A stretch of DNA of 64,000 nucleotides, taken from Zootoca vivipara. Lineage: Eukaryota. Location: NCBI RefSeq assembly GCF_963506605.1, contig NC_083285.1, positions 31,620,001-31,684,000 on the forward strand. Reading direction: 5' to 3'. Below are positions 61,439-64,000 of this stretch, in pieces. Positions within the stretch are counted from its first letter, which is position 1. Each line of letters starts with the position of its first letter. A model generated the notes under the pieces. The model did no database searches, was not told where the DNA came from, and saw nothing but the letters and a program-made list of their open reading frames with translations. A program made the translations under genes and the position numbers.

Positions 61439-62972
61439 ATGTTTCAGTAGGATCAGAGAACAATTATATGCATGTTTATTCATAAATTGGTCCTGCTGTG
61501 TTCAGTGGGGCTTACTTCCTAGTGAAGTTGTTTGGGATTGCAGAACAAAACGAAAAGAAGAACAGAATGAAAAATTGAGTATGGAACACATCCAGTTTCT
61601 TTGAGTGGGGGAGGGACACTGTAACGGAAGCTTGGCTCTCTCTTTCCTCTGATCCTTTCACCTAAAGGAATTATCTTGTCATTATGGCATGTTCATTCAA
61701 ACACCTAAACATGAGTGGAGATGGAGAGAGGAAGTCAGACACATATTAGAATGCTGTGCAATGCTGTCCAAAAAATTCAGAACCAAACTCAGAACCAAGT
61801 TTCCAGCAATATAACAACAGCAAAGCTGAACATCCTTTGAAGGGTTTTCATCTTAAATGTCCACTGCACTTCAATCGCTATAGGCCTTTCCCTTGGTATA
61901 CTTAGTCTTATAATGACAGCTCCAGTTTGAAAGCAGGGACAATAAGAGATTGAGGCTATGTAATCACTCAACAAGAAAGACATCCCTAGAGGCCTCTGAC
62001 ACTACTGCAGACATAAGCCGTTTTCTCTTGAAGATGTTCATAAAAACAATCCATTTTTTCCCATTTGTGTGGGGAGGGAGAAGAAACTCTTTTTACTGAG
62101 TTTTTCCTTTGAGTTTATTTAAAATGAAGCAAAACCGTTACTTTTAAGATTCAGGTGCCCAAAGCAAAAGGCAGGGGTTAACATCTCCAATGGCCTGTGC
62201 ACACATTATGCTCAGCCCAAACCAAAAGAGGCTACCAGAGATGAGCCTGTGACCAATTTGCTCCTGTCTAGTCATTCTATTGCAGTGCTAAGCCAAGGCA
62301 TAGTTTGGTTTAGCATCTTGTCAAAAACCTGGACTCATGGTTTAGCTCTCCTGGACAAGCCACAAGCCATATATCATGAGACAAACCATAGTTGCAGGCC
62401 ATAGTTAGTTTGGGGGAAGCTAATCTGTGAGCCTGGGTTCTATGCCTTAGCATAGTGCAATGCAGCAGCAGAGTGATCCAGGAGAAGCAGAGCAGCTGTG
62501 ATCTCCTTTCCAGGAGTCCGCATGCTCACACATTCATATTGAGCCATGGTTTGGTCTAGTGTTATGGGCAAACCAAAGTGTTATGGCCTAAGAGAAGAGA
62601 TAAAATAAACTGAATCAGTCAAGGCACGTACTGATCGCCACACAATTTTCACAGTTCACCAAACAATGCAGTATTCTTACAGTAGCTCCATTTTACTGAA
62701 TAAAGATCTCAATGGATTAAATCCATTTATATTTTGGGTGCTCATACAGGAACTCATACAGGAGTCTGTGCTTTGTCCAGCCATGGACATACAGAGACCA
62801 TTCCCACATATACAAGATATTAAGACTGCAATCCTCTATAGACCGTGCCATGTTGTGAAAATCCAGACACAAAAGTTGTTGAGCAAAGTTGCTGAGCTTT
62901 TTTGGCAAAATTGCAAACACAAAAAAAGAGTATTTTTAAAGGCAAAAAATGACACTGCTGACATGGGTTGCA

Positions 62973-63091
62973 TATGGGTTGCCATATGTCCAGATTTTCC
63001 CAAACATTTTTTAGCAATTTCTGCCCAGACACTGCTTCCGACTGCAATATTCCAGCTATTTCCAGAGAATTCCGGCCATATGGCAACACTG
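62973..63091. mobile_element. Old hAT-type MITE
   Basis: GTTGCCATATG..CATATGGCAAC inverted termini. Confidence 0.55.
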
Positions 63092-64000
63092 CTTAATGAT
63101 ACATACTTAGGATTGCACTGTAAGCAACCCCTAGTCTTACTGATGTTCTGTGGAGCTTTGGATCATGCCCACCCATCTTGAACATTCATATTTCGTTAAC
63201 CCAGGAATGTCCATTAATATTTATCACGTTCCATGTCATGGCTAATTTGTTCAGGGGTGGAGCACCATAAAACGTATCTTGTTGTCATCTTCTAGCAAGC
63301 AATTATGACAATTGTCACTGTGTGCATAATAGAAGCACAAATTCTGTGCCAGATCTCTTTAGTCTTCTGCATTAGCTATTACAGAAGTAGCCATGTAGTA
63401 TTTGGGCCACTCATACATTTCTCCTGAGTCACAAATAGGAATTCCTTTTTGCTCTTATCTCCTTAAAGCATTTAAAAAAATAAAAAGTGATTCATCAGCT
63501 TCTCAGATGATAGAGCTGCTTTTAATTAATACATTTATGATCATACATATTAAAAGCTGGAGTACTAAAAGGAATTTCACCCCTGGGTTTATATCTTGAC
63601 TTAGAGTGCCAGGAGAATGTGCTTCTTTTTGAACCATCAGCATCTGAAAAGTGAAGTGCAATTCAGAATAAAGTGTTCAGCCAGGAGGGAACCTTCAAAC
63701 ACTTCTGTGATGCCTCTGGAGGCCGAAGCTTTCTATATCTGCAGCCTGTGTGATTTCTGGCCTGCTGTCATAGGTCATCAAAGTAAAAAATCAACCCCAA
63801 GAGTTCTGTGCCTATGTTAATCACATGCATTGTGTCGAACGCACAGAAGGGCTTCATGAGCACCCACCTGAGTCCCTGGATAAAAAAAGGCAGGTGGCAG
63901 TACAGGTGAAACTCACCCACATCAATGCTGTAGTCATAATTGATGGTCATTGCAATAATATTGCAGGACTCCCATTTGGCCATATGGTTGATAATTAGAT

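Noticed and set aside
62140-62181. TCAG|GTGCCC resembling the start (VP..) of the next SYT1 exon
   Set aside because: Translates as VPKAKGRG-stop, not VPYSELGGK; the next exon lies beyond the window.

Overview
Eukaryotic genomic DNA from a squamate reptile, most likely a lacertid lizard judging by its Sauria/Squam1, Squam2 and Squam3-type SINEs. The window lies inside the synaptotagmin-1 gene (SYT1, + strand) and holds its first four coding exons: 20183-20374 (ATG at 20200), 45109-45293, 56117-56239 and 59580-59747. These encode the luminal domain, transmembrane helix, linker and first half of C2A; the remaining exons lie beyond the window. The rest is intron packed with mobile elements. These include a young antisense Mag-clade Gypsy LTR retrotransposon (5' LTR, tRNA-Ser PBS, 921-aa gag-pol) whose integrase is internally deleted, six antisense Sauria SINEs, L2, RTE and CR1 fragments, many hAT, Tc1/pogo and Harbinger MITEs with clean TSDs, a non-autonomous Helitron and three Penelope-like fragments. 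The most notable observations are an intact minimal hammerhead ribozyme at 7059-7096 (- strand), a SINE flanked by a 112-bp target duplication, two hAT elements sharing termini but carrying unrelated GC-rich interiors, fold-back arrays inside a hAT element and a Helitron, a microhomology-joined integrase deletion, and loss of the SYT1 Thr112 PKC/CaMKII site. Almost all short ORFs in the track are spurious. Family assignments come from motifs and recalled consensus sequences, not from database searches.
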